From Squalus acanthias (taxonomy: Eukaryota), in the NCBI GenBank assembly GCA_030390025.1, contig CM059432.1, positions 109,432,001 to 109,496,000 on the forward strand: DNA of 64,000 nucleotides, read 5' to 3'. The notes beneath the pieces are model-generated. The model did not search any database. It saw only the letters and a program-made list of their open reading frames with translations, and had not been told where the DNA came from. The first letter of the stretch is position 1, and every line of letters begins with the position of its first letter. The position numbers were made by a program, and so were the translations under genes. Below are positions 27,103 through 39,960 of the stretch, piece after piece.

Positions 27103-30100
27103 TCATGTCCAAATTCCTGCCCGCTCCCCATAACCCTTAATTCCCTTTACTTCTAGGAAACTGTCTATTTCTGTTTTAAATTTATGTAATGATGTAGCTT
27201 CTACAGCTTTTTGGGGCAGCATATTCCATGGACCTACCACCCTCTGAGTGAAGTAGTTCCTTCTCATCTCAGTTTTGAAAGAGCAGCCCCTTATTCTAAG
27301 ACTATGCCCCCTAGTTCTAGTTTCACCCATCATCGGGAACATCCTCCCCGCATCCACCCGATCCAATGCCTTCACAATCTTATATGTTTCAATAAGATCG
27401 CCTCTCATTCTTCTGAACTCCAATGAGTAGAGTCCCAATCTACCCAACCTCTCCTCATATGTCCATCCCCTCATCCCCGGGATTAACCGAGTGAACCTTC
27501 TTTGTACTGACTCGAGAGCAAGTATGTCTTTTCTTAAGTATGGACACCAAAACTGTATGCAGTATTCCAGGTGCGGTCTCACCAATACCTTGTACAACTG
27601 AAGCAATACCTCCCTATTTTTATATTCTATCCCCTTAGCAATGAAAGCCAACATTCCATTAGCCTTCTTAATCACTTGCTGCACCTGCATACTAACCTTT
27701 TGAGTTTCGTGCACCAGGACCCCCAGATCCCTTTGTACTTCAGTACTTTCCAGTTTCTTGCCATTTAGATAATAACTTGCTCTACTATTTTTCCTGCCAA
27801 AGTGCATAACCTCACACTTTCCAGTATTGTATTTCATCTGCCAAATCTCTGCCCACTTACTTAGCCTGTCTATGTCCCCTTGCAGCTTTTTTATGTCCTC
27901 CTCACTCACTACTTTCCCTCCCATCTTAGTATCATCTGCAAACTTTGATATGTTACACTCGGTCCCCTCCTCCAAATCGTTAATATAGATTGTAAAGAGT
28001 TGGGGACCCAGCACTGACCCCTGCGGAACACCACTAGTTACTGATTGCCAGTCTGAGAATGAACCATTTATCCCAACTCTCTGCCTTCTGTTAGATAGCC
28101 AATCCTCTATCCATGCCAGAATATTACCCCCAATCCCGTGATTTTTTATCTTAAGCAATAATCTTTTGTGTGGCACCTTGTCAAATGCCTTTTGGAAGTC
28201 TAAATACACCACATCTACTGGTTCCCCTTTATCCACCCTGTGTGTTACTTCCTCAAAGAACTCCAGCAAATTTGTCAAACATGACTTCCCCTTCATAAAA
28301 CCATGCTGACTTTGTCCTATTAAATTATGATTATCCAAATGTCCCGTTACTGTCTCCTTAATAACGGACTCCAAAATTTTACCTACCACAGATGTTAGGC
28401 TAACCGGTCTATAGTTTCCAGCCTTCTGTCTACTGCCCTTTTTAAATAAAGGTGTTACATTAGCAGTTTTCCAGTCTGCCGGGATCTTTGCTGAGTCCAG
28501 GGAGTTTTGGAAAATTATTACCAATGCATCCACAATCCCTACCGCCACTTCCCTCAAGACTCTAGGATGTAAGCCATCAGGTCCAGGTGATTTATCTGCC
28601 TTGAGTCCCATTATTTTACCGAGTACCACTTCCTTAGTGATTTTGATCGTGTTTAGCTCCTCCCCCCCTATAGCCCCCTGTTTGTCCAGTGTTGGGATAT
28701 TCTTAGGGGTAGAAATTAGGTCGCGCACCATTTGGGGCACAAATATCGTCTGGACGCAAATATTAGCGCCTGGCGCTAATTATCGGCACTGCCTGGAAAC
28801 TTCACTTTTACCGCCCTGGGAGGTGAGTGGAGCGCTAAATCAGGCGCTGCACACCTGTCTTAAGGCGCAAAGGCCAAGGAGTGAGGCGCTAACTCAGAGC
28901 TCTGGCGAAGCTCATGTAATGTCAGTCAGCAATGGAACACACACACAATGGCACGGGCCAGTTCTTAAAGGGGATGGTTAATCTTGCTTTCCATCCACAT
29001 CCTGTTCATTGCAGCCTTGAATCTCGGTCTGGAGAGACTTGCACATCAAATGTGCTGGAAAGAACAATGGAGAGTACCAGGCAAAGAGCTCAGAGTGCAG
29101 CTCCCACAGTCTCTGCTAAATCGATACAAGGAATGGCAAATCAAAATGAACCTGCAAAGTGCTGCTCAGTACCCAAAACTCCTTCACACAACGTTGAATC
29201 TCTCCAGAAGTCTCTCCCTCTCTCTCTCAGAATGCGTAGTTCAAAAATGTCACCAACAATAAAAGACAGGAAGAGGCCCCCTTTAAATAGCGCCCCCCCC
29301 CAGCCCCACAGCGATTGATAGCATTCCAGTCTTCTGGTCGTTGGATGCGCCAGGCGGTAAGGCAGGGGGCGCCACTCAATTTCCACTCCGGGGCGCCACA
29401 AGGGCGTTGCACCATGGAATGACGTCATAATCTGCGTGCGCAGGTGGTCGCAGCGGTAAGTTTTAGCGCCGCCGCACAATCTCTAGTTAAGTTCCCGAGA
29501 GGCGCAAACATCGCTGCGCCCGGGCGTTAGCGGCTTTGCACCCCATTAACGCCCTCTTAAGGCGCTAACGGGAGGCGCAACCAACTGAATTTTTACCCCT
29601 TACTATCTGTTTTTATATTTTTTGCTAATTTACTTTCATAATCTATCTTCCCTTTCTTAATCAATCTTTTTGTTATTTTTTGCTGTCTTTTAAAGTTTTC
29701 CCAATCCTCTATCCTCCCACTAGTTTTGGCTACCTTATAAGCCCTTGTTTTTAGTCGAATACTATCCTTAATTTCTTTACTTAGCCACGGATGACTGCCT
29801 TTTCTTTTACACCCTTTTCTTCTCAGTGGAATATATTTTTTTTGGAAGTTGTAAAATAACTCATAAATGTACACCACTGATCATGTATCGTCTTACCCTT
29901 TAATCTATTTTCCCAATCCACTCTACTAAATTCCGCTCGCATACCTTCATAGTCTCCTTTATTCAAGCTTAGCACGTTTGTTTGAGATCCAACCTTCTCA
30001 CCCTCTAATTGAATATAGAATTCAACCATGTTATGGTCACTCATTCCAAGGGGATCCTTTACTAGGACATTTTTAATTAATCCTGTCTCGTTGCACAGGA

Positions 30101-30797
30101 CCAGATCTAAGGTTGCTTGCCTCCTGGTCGGTTCAGTTACATACTGCTCAAGAAACCCATCCCTAATACACTCAATGAACTCATCCTCAAGGCAGCCCTG
30201 CCCAATTTGATTTGTCCAATTAATATGATAGTTAAAATCCCCCATAATTATAGATGTTCCCTTATTACAAGCCTCAGCTATTTCCCGATTGATACTCCGT
30301 CCAACAGAGTTGCAACTATTCGGAGGCCTATAGACTACACCCACTAGTGTTTTTTTCCCCTTATTATTCCTTATCTCCACCCAAACTGTTTCATTATCCT
30401 GATCTGTAGACCCAATATCATTTCTCTGTATTACAGTGATTCCTTCCTTTATTAACATAGCCACCCCACCTCCCCTTCCTTCCTGCCTGTCCTTCCTGAT
30501 TGTTAAATAACCTGGTATGTTTAATTCCCAGGGATTGTCACCCTGCAGCCATGTTTCTGTAATGGCCACAAGATCATACCCATATGTAGTTATTTATGCC
30601 ATTAACTCGTCTATTTTGTTACGAATGCTACGTGCATTCAGATAGAGAACTTTCAAATATGTTTTGTGACACTTAGTTCCTGCTTTTGCCCTTTTTATTA
30701 CTTTACCTTTTACTCCATACCTTCTGCCCCTTCCTGACACACTCTGGTTTTTAATTCCCCCACTGCTACCTAAGTCTATGACCTTCTCTGTTGTCAT
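27103..30797 (-). pseudogene. CR1 ORF2 (APE endonuclease + reverse transcriptase)
   Basis: YLNARSIRNK, AITETW, VYRPP, MGDFN and SDH motifs. The RT half is open for >530 codons (QGSVLGP, FADD). Frameshifts and a MITE lie in the 5' half. Confidence 0.92.
28706..29599. mobile_element. Non-autonomous Harbinger/MITE within CR1 ORF2
   Basis: TIRs ggggtagaaatt/aatttttacccc, flanked by TTA on both sides. Confidence 0.85.
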
Positions 30798-30835
30798 TTT
30801 TATTATTTGCTCTCTAGGAACCTCCCCCCCACTAG

Positions 30836-31775
30836 TTAGTTTAAAGCCCTCTCTACAGCCCTAGTTATATGATCCGCCAGGACTCTAGTCCCAGCACTGG
30901 CCAAGTGAAGCCCGTCCCAACGGAACAGCTCCCTCCTGCTCCAGTACTGGTGCCAGTGTCCCAGGAAGCAAAACCCATTTCTCCCACACCAGTCTTTGAG
31001 CCACTCATTTAACTCTCTAATTTTATTTGTCCTAGCCAAATTCGCTTGTGGCTCAGGCAATAATCCAGAGATTATTACCCTTGAGGTTCTGTTTTTTAAT
31101 TTGACCCCTAGCAGCTCATACTCCTTTAACAGAACCGGCTTCCTTGTACTATCTACGTCGTTTGTACCAACATGGACCACGACAACTGGATCCACCCCCT
31201 CCCACTGCAAGTTTCTTTCCAGCCCAGAGGAGATGTCCTTAACCCTGGCACAGCCTACGGGACTCTCGCTCTCGGCTGCAGAGAACTCTATCTATCCCCC
31301 TAATAATACTATCCCCTACCACTACAATATTTCTATTTACTCCCCCCTCTTGAATGGCCCCCCGCTCCATGGTGCTGTGGCCAGGTTGCTCATCCTCCCT
31401 GCAGTCCCTGCTCCTGTCCCCATAGGGAGTAAGAACCTCGAACCTGTTGGACAAGAGCAAGGGCTGCGGCTCCTCCAACACTACCTCCTGGATCCCCATA
31501 CCTGCCTCACTCGTAGTCACACCGTCCTGTCCCTGACCATGGGCTACATCTGAATTAATTAACTTCATAGGTGTGACCACCTCCTGAAACACAGAGTCCA
31601 GGTACTTCTCCCCCTCCCTGATGTGTCGCAGTGTCTGAAGCTCAGACTCCAGCTCATCAACACGGAGCTGGAGTTCCTGTAGCAGCAGACACTTGTCACA
31701 GATGTAATCACCGTGAGCCTCAATGGGGTCCACCGGCTCCCACATCTCACAACAGTAACACATCACCTGCTCCAT
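30836..31775 (-). pseudogene. CR1 ORF1 (Zn finger/coiled coil + SGNH esterase domain)
   Basis: CYCCEMW..YICDKC, VVVGDSIIRG, VHVGTND and DGLHL motifs; one frameshift near 31240. Confidence 0.9.
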
Positions 31776-32255
31776 TCTATGTAATTAATTCAATTTTTTA
31801 TTGTTAGTTATGGACACTCTCTGCCCGATTATAGATGCTAGTATCCCCTCTAATTAATTGGATTTAAATTAAATCAATCCCTCTAAATTACACCAGTTAA
31901 ATGGTTTACCAACAGTCACTCTGCACCAGAAAGGCCTTATTAACTACAACTCACAGAGTTTAAGTTTAAAAAGTGCACCCTACACTCCACTCACCCGAAC
32001 TCCCACTTACCCAAACTCAGCACTCTCTGCTGACTTGCATTCAGTGCTGGCTCGCACTCACACTGGTCTTTTTATACTTTTTGTTTGTTTACAGCCAAAT
32101 GAGTCACCCCTGCTGATTGATTAGAAAACTGGTTTCCACTGCCTGCTGTGCCAATTTACTCCTACTGCAGTGTAAACTTGTTTTACTCTTCTTAAACCAA
32201 CAGAATCCCAAATAGTTAACTTTTCCCCTTCACTTAAACTGCTTAAGTACTCTTA

Positions 32256-33085
32256 TCTGGCTTATATTTCCTCCTCTGGCTCACATTGCCTCCTCTGGTG
32301 CATGTTGCAACCACTCTGGCCCATGTTGCCTTTACTGGCTCACATTGTCTCCTCTGGCTCACGTTGCCTCCTCTGGCCGTACATTGTCTCCTCTGGCTCA
32401 CATTGTCTCCACGGGCTCACGTTTTTTCCTCTGGCTGACTTTGCCTCTCCTGGCTCACGTTGCCTCCTCTGGCTCACATTGTCTCTTCTGGCTCACGTTG
32501 TCTCCTCTGGGTCACATTGTCTCCACGGGCTCATGTTTTTTCCTCTGGCTCACTTTGCCTCTCCTGGCTCACGTTGTCTGCTCTGGCTCACGTTGCCTCC
32601 TCTGGCTCACATTGTCTCTTCTGGCTCACGTTGTCTCCTCTGGGTCACATTGTCTCCACGGGCTCATGTTTTTTCCTCTGGCTCACTTTGCCTCTCCTGG
32701 CTCACGTTGTCTGCTCTGGCTCACGTTGCCTCCTCTGGCTCACATTGTCTCTTCTGGCTCACGTTGTCTGCTCTGGCTCACGTTACCTCCTCTGGCTCAC
32801 ATTGTCTCTTCTGGCTCACGTTGTCTCTTCTGGGTCACATTGCTTCCTCTGGCTCACACTGTCTTCTCTGGCTCATGTTGCCGCCTCTGGCCCATGTTGC
32901 CTCTTCTGGCTCACATTGTCTTCTCAGGCCCACAATGCCTTCTCTGGCTCATATTGTCTTCTCTGGATCACATTGTCTCTCCTAACTTACGTTGCCTTCT
33001 CTGGCTCACGTTGCCTCCTCTGGATCATGTTGCGTCCTCTGGCTCACATTGCCTCCTCTATTTCACGTTGTCTCTCCTGAGTCAT
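32256..33085. repeat. 19-bp satellite, right remnant (more diverged)
   Basis: Same monomer as 13570-26865 with different variant units (tccacgggctc, gtctgctctgg). Confidence 0.95.
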
Positions 33086-33344
33086 GTTGTTGGTCTTTCT
33101 AGCGACCCCCACTGCCCAAGAATGAATTTAAAAAGAAATGATTCTAGCTGATGGTAGGGGAGAATTTCCTCTCTGTGCAACTAAATTATTAAACCATTAG
33201 AAATTTCAGTTTTAGGAATGAATATCCATGGCTCATGGAGCAAATGCTCCCAGTAACTCTCTTATAATGTTCGCTCAAACTCCTGGAAAAATTCCTCAGT
33301 CTGAGCTGTGACATCATACAAAATGCAGTTACAGTTCACATTGC

Positions 33345-33965
33345 CTCTCCCCGGGGTCGTGGGGTCACTTTCCAACTCCCCGGGGTCGTGGGGTCACATT
33401 CCCTCTCCCCGGGGTCGTGGGGTCACTTTCCCTCTCCCCGGGGTCGTGGGGTCACTTTCACTCTCCCCGGGGTCGTGGGGTCACTTTCCCTCTCCCCGGG
33501 GTCACTTTCCCTCTCCCCGGGGTCGTGGGGTCACTTTCCCTCTCCCTGGGGTCGTGGGGTCACTTTCCCTCTCCCTGGGGTCGTGGGGTCACTTTCCCTC
33601 TCCCCGGGGTTGTAGGGTCACATTTCCTCTCCCTGGGGTCATGGGGTCACATTCCCTCGCCCCGGGATCGTGTGGTCACTTTCCCTCTCCTTGGGGTCGT
33701 GGGGTCACTTTCCCTCTCCCCAGGGTCGTGGGGTCACTTTCCCTCTCCCTGGGGTCGTGGGGTCACATTCCCTCTCCCCGCAGTCGTGGGGTCACTTTCC
33801 CTCTCCCTGGGGTCGTGGGGTCACATTCCCTTTCCCCGGGGCCGTGGGGTCACATTCCCTCTCCCCGGGGTCGTGGGGTCACATTCCCTCTCCCCGGGGT
33901 CGTGGGGTCACATTCCCTCCCTCTGGGGGAATGGGTCACATGCCCTCTCCTTGGGGACGGGTCAC
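33345..33965. repeat. 29-bp minisatellite (CTCTCCCCGGGGTCGTGGGGTCACWTTCC), ~21 copies
   Basis: Directly visible; period 29 (e.g. 33361 to 33390). Confidence 0.95.
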
Positions 33966-34857
33966 ATTAGGATGGGAGTTCCTATGGTTGTTGGGCCCAG
34001 TGACATTGTAAGTGTGGCAAGTTGGAATTTCACCATTCAGTCCTTTGAGCAAAATCGCCTACTATTCTGTTTGAACCTGTTCCCAACTTCATAAGAAATA
34101 CCAAACAGAGGAAATCTTTACAAGGACAATGATGATGATGGTGTCACTCCACAAGTCAATCAGATGAGTTGTTAATTATTGGACTTTCCTAGCTCGTCAG
34201 CTCCCTTTGGGTTAGGATTTGCTGTGGCCACTATGTCAGCGACATCGAAAACATAAAGGAAGATGTCGTCTTACCGTTATTTCCTGTGAAATGTTCTTTC
34301 AAAATGCTATATTACTAGGATTAACACGCAGCCACCAGAAATGATGTCCCTGTTCACTCTCCTAGCTTACAATTTGTTCTTACTCTTGTGTTAATGTCAC
34401 ACTCTAACGTGCAGTGGGTTTATCTCTATTTGCCACGTTAGTCTCAGTTACCTCCTCCTCTGTTACTAATATCACACGATTGTAATGGGATGGGACAAAA
34501 ACTGTTGTTGACTCTACTCTATATTTTGCTATACTATTTCAAACATTAGCCAAGCCACTAAGGCCTAGAAATTCGTTTGCCCCCAAAAACGGGCACGGGG
34601 ATCGCGATGCGCTCGCAACCCGCGCCCCTTCAGAGGACTGCAGGCAGCACACAAACTTCGTGCTGCCTGCTCAAATCCATGATTGTGGCCTTCAGCCCAG
34701 CATTGAATGCTCAGCTGGGGGCCCAAGCTCATGCGAGGCTAGCACCGATTAAAGCTAGCCTACACTACTTAAAAGCAGCCTGCATCTCTTAAAGGGGAGG
34801 TACATTCTGCCTGCAGCAGATCATTGAACTGACTGAGGAAGTGGAAAAAATCAATTA

Positions 34858-36723
34858 ATGATGGCACAACAGGGGAGAGAGCATGTACCAAGGTTCTCGG
34901 AAGCAGCACTGAAGGCCTTGGTGCAGGAGGTCAATAGGAGGAGAGAGGTGCTGTTTCCACAGGGGGCAAGAAGGCCCTCCAGGCAACAGACCAAATTACA
35001 TTGGGAGCAGACAGCCACCGTGGTGAATGCTAGCATTGTAGCCCCAAGGACATGGACGCAGTGCAGGAAGAAGTTTAGTGACCTCACATGATTGGTCAAG
35101 GTCAGTAAATTCATCTTAAAATGCCATATCCCACAAACTGTACCACTAGCCTCACACACTGCTCAATTCACCACTCCCCCATCACTCACCTACCAACAAT
35201 CTATACCAAACACAACCTTGCATTCATAGCTCCAGCTCACCCTCACACACTTACCACTGCTGCAAGCCTCTCACCCACATCTCACAACTTGAACACACTG
35301 TCAGCTATTCAACTATAGCAGGCACATCACCCAAACACATTGCACCACACTCACTGACACACTTCCCCTTTCTAGCAGAACCTAACCAGCGGGGGACAGG
35401 TGCGCCTGTATCACCTCACCCCGTTGGAGGAGACGTTGCTGGCCATTCTTCTGAGGGGCATGGCTGAACCCATGGCCAGCGGCGGAATTGAAAGAGTACA
35501 AGATGGCGGTATCCTCATACATTATGCTCCTTCTCACATCCCACTTCCCCCTCATCACGCAATCTCTTCTGATTTACAAGTTGCACATGGTGTAAGCATG
35601 CACCTCTTGCTTCACCCACCCCGCATCCCCCTCACCACAACCTTATCCTTGTGTCTTTTTCATTTCATGCACCCAAGAAATCCAACCTGCCCAGCCAGTG
35701 GTTGTAGAAGAAGAGGGAGAGGAGAGTGAAGAAGAAGAAGAAACACCGTCACTCGATCTGACACTCACAGCCACCAGCTGGCACTGCATGGAGTTTAGAG
35801 GGTAGCTTAGAGGCGGGATCTGCACGTGGCGAGTCACTGGGCACAAGTGGGCTGCAGCCAGGGCAGGGGGAAAGGGTAGAGCAGGTGCCAGCTCCCCGGA
35901 GGACGAGGTCGCACACAAGTTCTGCTGCAGAGGACTCAGATGAGGATTTTGATGGGGCAGCCTATAGAAGAACACTGATGGGTACGCACAACGAAATACA
36001 TGGTGTATTGGCAGGCCTACCAGAAAGCCTGAGTGCCATGTCAAGATGCATTAACCTTGCACAGGGCTTTGCGCAGAACTTGGAACCCATCCTTTGCAGC
36101 ATGGAAATTAGCAGATCCATTAGTGCACTTGTGGACCCAACCATCATGCAGCGTCTGATGGCTGATGTCTCAGCTTCCATTGCGGTACAAGCACAAGCCA
36201 CACAATGTCTGAGTAGAAGCTCAGACTGCTCTCATGCAGGCTCAGCTTGCTGCCACACAAACTCAGACTGCTGCCATCATGGCTGGGTTTACCAGTGTGG
36301 AAAGAGGCTTCAGGATGTCACAGCATTCCAGCAATCTGTCCTCCAACTGATGGCTAGGAATATGGAGGTGCCGCCCGGGGGGGAGTGACAGTGGCTCCGT
36401 GGAGCACGAACCTGCTGTCCTCTCTCTCAGGATGACAGCATTCGTCCTCCCACCACTGCCACTCCGTCAGTGCCCTTGCTGTTGCCTGTCAGCCAGCCCA
36501 GACTGCTACCGCCCATGCCAAGGTGGTGCAGTCTGCAGCCGGGTCTTCTAGGCACAGAGGTGCTCAAGGTCGTCTTGCAAGGCCATCTGCAGTCTCCTCC
36601 ACTGAAAGTCAGCAGCCTTCCACCGGCCATGCTGCAGCCATTGGCGTAACACTTCGTAGGAGCACTAGGACAGGCAAAGGCACACTGAAGACAAGCACTA
36701 AGGGAATGCACAAGGGCGATTAG
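34858..36723 (+). pseudogene. Harbinger Myb/SANT-like gene (element B)
   Basis: MMAQQGREHVPRFSEAALKALV..WTQCRKKFSDL, donor AAG|GTCAGT at 35100; downstream exons are colinear with element A. Confidence 0.82.
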
Positions 36724-36899
36724 TTGACTTTGTTCGGTTATATTGCATGGATTGATGGATAAAGTTGGATTGGAATGTTTTTTTAGTGACATGTTTTTTT
36801 TATTTCAGCATTGTGGCCAAGAGGAGGCTGTGATGGTCAGTAACCGAGGAAAGATAAGGTGTGTGACTATTGTTGAATGGAAAATTGGGGTTGCGTTCA

Positions 36900-38820
36900 C
36901 TCGTACCACAGTCTGATGAGTCAATCATAGAGAGCCCGGGCAGAAAGGGGCTGTCTGGATTGCCTCCTCCCTTCCGCTTCTCCTCATCCACTTCCTCCTC
37001 TTCCACTTCCACCTCCTCCTCTCATAGAATCATAGAATCATAGAAAGTTATAGCACAGAAGGAAGCCATTTCGGCCCATCGTGTCCGCGCTGGCCAACAA
37101 AGAGCTATCCAGCCTAATCCCACTTCCCAGCTCTTGGTCCGTAGCCCTGCAGGTTAGAGCATCCCAAGTGCACATCCAAGTACTTTTTAAATGTGGTTAG
37201 GGTTCCTGCCTCTACCACCCTTTCAAGCAGCAAGTTCCAGACCCCCACAACCCTCTGGGTGAAGAAATTTCCCCTCAAATCCCCTCTAAACCTTCCACCA
37301 ATTACTTTAAATCTGTGCCCCCTGGTTTTTGACCCCAGTGCTAAGGAAAATAGATCCTTTCTATCCACTTTATCTATGCCCCTCATAATTTTATATACCT
37401 CAAAAAGGTCTCCCCTCAGCCTCCTCTGTTCCAAGGAAAACAGACCCAGCCCCTATCCAGTCTTTCCTCATAGCTAAGATTCTCTACTCCCGGCAACATC
37501 CTTGTAAATCTCCTCTGTACCCTCTCTAGTGCAATCACATCTTTCCTGTAATGCGGTGACCAGAACTGCACACAGTACTCTAGCTGAGGCCTAACTAGTG
37601 TTTTATACAGTTGAAGCATAACCCCCCTGCTCTTGTATTCTATGCCACGGCTAATAAAGACAAGCATTCCGTATGCCTTCTTAACCACCTTATCTACCTG
37701 GCCTGCTACCTTCGTTCCTCTACACTACTCAGTGTCCTACCATTTAATGTGTATTCCCTCTCCTCCGCCTTCTCCTCCTCAGCTGGTCGCTGTATGCCTG
37801 GTGGAAAAGGCTGTGCCCTCATGATGGCGAGGTTGTGGAGCATGCAGCAGACCACCACGAATCTTGAGATGCGTTCTGGTGAGTACTGCAGGGATCCTCC
37901 AGAGTGGTCCAGGCAGCCAAAACGTTGTTTAAGGACGCCAATGGTCTGCTCTATCAGATTCCGTGTGGCAGCATGGCTCTCATTGTACGCATGCTGCCTA
38001 TGTGTGGTTGGGTTGCAGAGCAGAGTCATGAGCCAGGTGGTCAGCGGATAGCCCTTGTCACCCAGTAGCCACCCTCTGGTTTGTCTTGTTGGCTCGAAGA
38101 CTGAGGAAACAGTGGACTGGTGCAGAATGAAAACATCATTACTGCTGCCAGCGTATCGGGCATTCACCATCATGATGTGCTGAGCATGGTCGCACACCAA
38201 CTGCACATTCAGCGAGTGGTAACTTTTGCGGTTGCGGTACATCTCAGCATTTAGATGCGGTGCCCACAAAGCCACTTGCCTGCAGTCGTTGGCACCCTGC
38301 ACCATGGGGAAGCCCACTTTCCTGGCAAAGCCACATGCACACTCCACCTGCTTCTCTCTGGTCGGAGAGAAGACAATGAAGTCCCCTCTCATGGTGTAAA
38401 GAGCGTCTGTCACCTCTCTTACGCAGCAGTGGATGGCGAACTGGGAGATGTTACAGATGTCGCCTGCTCCAGCCTGGAAGGATCCCGGTGAAAAGAAATT
38501 CAGAGCCACGGTTACCTTCACAGCCATTGGCAGCGCTGTCCTTGCCCTGGTGTGAGGCTGCAGATCTGGTTCTAAGAGGTGGCAGAGTTCTGTGATCACC
38601 TTCTTTGTAAAGCAGACACCTCACACACTGCTCCTTGCTCAGGTTGAGGTAAGAGAATTACTCTTGGAAGACCCTCAGTGGGTAAGTCCTCATGCTGAGA
38701 GCCCTGCGCCCCCTCCTCCTCCCTCTGTAAGCAGCTTGTTCCCTTCTTCATTGCCTCTGCTCCATCTCCCTGTCATGCTGCAGACCAAGGAGGATGACAA
38801 CTAGAGCAGCCAACGACTGG
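36900..38820 (-). pseudogene. HARBI1-like transposase (element B), CR1 inserted in the acidic tail
   Basis: ORF 37706..38599 has VKVTVALNFF, QLVCD, GDKGYP, IEQTIG and MLHN. Confidence 0.9.
37023..37758 (-). mobile_element. CR1 3' fragment (same subfamily as 1948 and 60557)
   Basis: (CATAGAAT)n tail; sequence closely matches 1948-2705. Confidence 0.92.
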
Positions 38821-39234
38821 GAGCAAGTGGTCTGACCAGAGCCCTGGAAGACAGAAGCAAGGCCTTCTCTACTTGCAACACCACTCCCTGTCACCTCACC
38901 AACTTTAAACAACTATAGAAAGCTCCAAACACTTCCACAAACTTACACTTGCTGTTAGGGAGGGAGTTCCAGGATTTTGACCCAGCGACGATGAAGGAAT
39001 GACGATATATTTCCAAGTCAGGATAGTGTGAAACTTGGAGGGGAACATGCAGGTGATGGTGTTCCCATGCACTTGCTGCCCTTCTCATTCTAGGTGGTAG
39101 AGGTTGCGGGTTTGGGAGGTGCTGCCGAAGAAGCCTTAGCGAGTTGCTGCAGTGCATCTTGTAGATGGTACACACTGCAGCCCCGGTGCACCGGTGGTGG
39201 AGGGAGTGAATGTTTAAGGTGGTGGATGGGGTGC

Positions 39235-39960
39235 ACAGTTTTGGTCTCCTTATTTAAGAAAGGATATGCTTGCCTTTGAGGCAGTGCAACGAAGGTTCAC
39301 TAGATTGATCCCAGGAATGAGAGGGCTGTCCTATGAGGAGAGAAACATAGAAAAATAGGAGCAGGAGTAGGCCATTCGGCCCTTCGAGCCTGCTCCACCA
39401 TTCAATATGATCATGGCTGATCCTCTATCTCAATACCATATTCCCGCTCTCTCCCTATACCTTTTGATGCCTTTTGTGTCGAGAAATCTATCTATCTCTT
39501 TCTTAAATATATTCAGTTCAGAGATTGAGTAGATTGGGCCTATACTCTCTGGAATTTAGAAGAATGAGAGGTGATCTCATTGAAACATAATAAGATCTGA
39601 GGGGGATTGGCAGGGTAGATGCTGAGAAATTGTTTCCTCTGACTGGAGAGTCTAGAAATAGGGAGAATAGTTTCAGGATAAGGGGCCGGCCTTTTAAGAC
39701 TGAGATAAGGAGGAATTTCTTCACTCAGAGGGTTGTGAATATTTGGAATTCTCTGCCCCAAAGTGCTGTGGATGCTCAGTGGCTGAGTATATTCAAGGTT
39801 GAGATAGATAGATTTTTGGACTCCAGAGGAATTAAGGGATAAGGGGATAGGGCAGGAAAGTGGAGTTGAGGTCGAAGATCAGCCATGATCTTATTGAATG
39901 GCAGAGCAGGCTCGAGGGGTTGTATGGCCTACTCCTGCTCCTGATTCTTATGTTCTTATG
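39235..39960 (+). mobile_element. CR1 3' fragment
   Basis: MFPLTGESR..RRNFFTQRVVNIWNSLP and a (TTCTTATG)n tail; gtgc flanks both ends. Confidence 0.88.
39344..39520 (-). mobile_element. Short CR1 3' end inserted antisense inside the previous CR1
   Basis: aacatagaaaaataggagcaggagtaggcc.. tail, flanked by gaga; the host CR1 resumes at gagattgag. Confidence 0.8.

Larger units (their letters stand above)
26866..32255 (-). mobile_element. Near full-length CR1 LINE inserted in the satellite
   Basis: (ACATAAGA)n tail at ~26867, ORF2 EN+RT, ORF1 and a 5' UTR-like region. The satellite resumes at ~32256. Confidence 0.93.

Noticed and set aside
33308..34094. Pro/Gly-rich repetitive ORFs
   Set aside because: These are translations of the 29-bp minisatellite in all frames.
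37706..37790. Transposase-CR1 C-terminal fusion (..EREYTLNGRT)
   Set aside because: Only ~15 CR1 codons precede a deletion and stop, and the transposase is already decayed.
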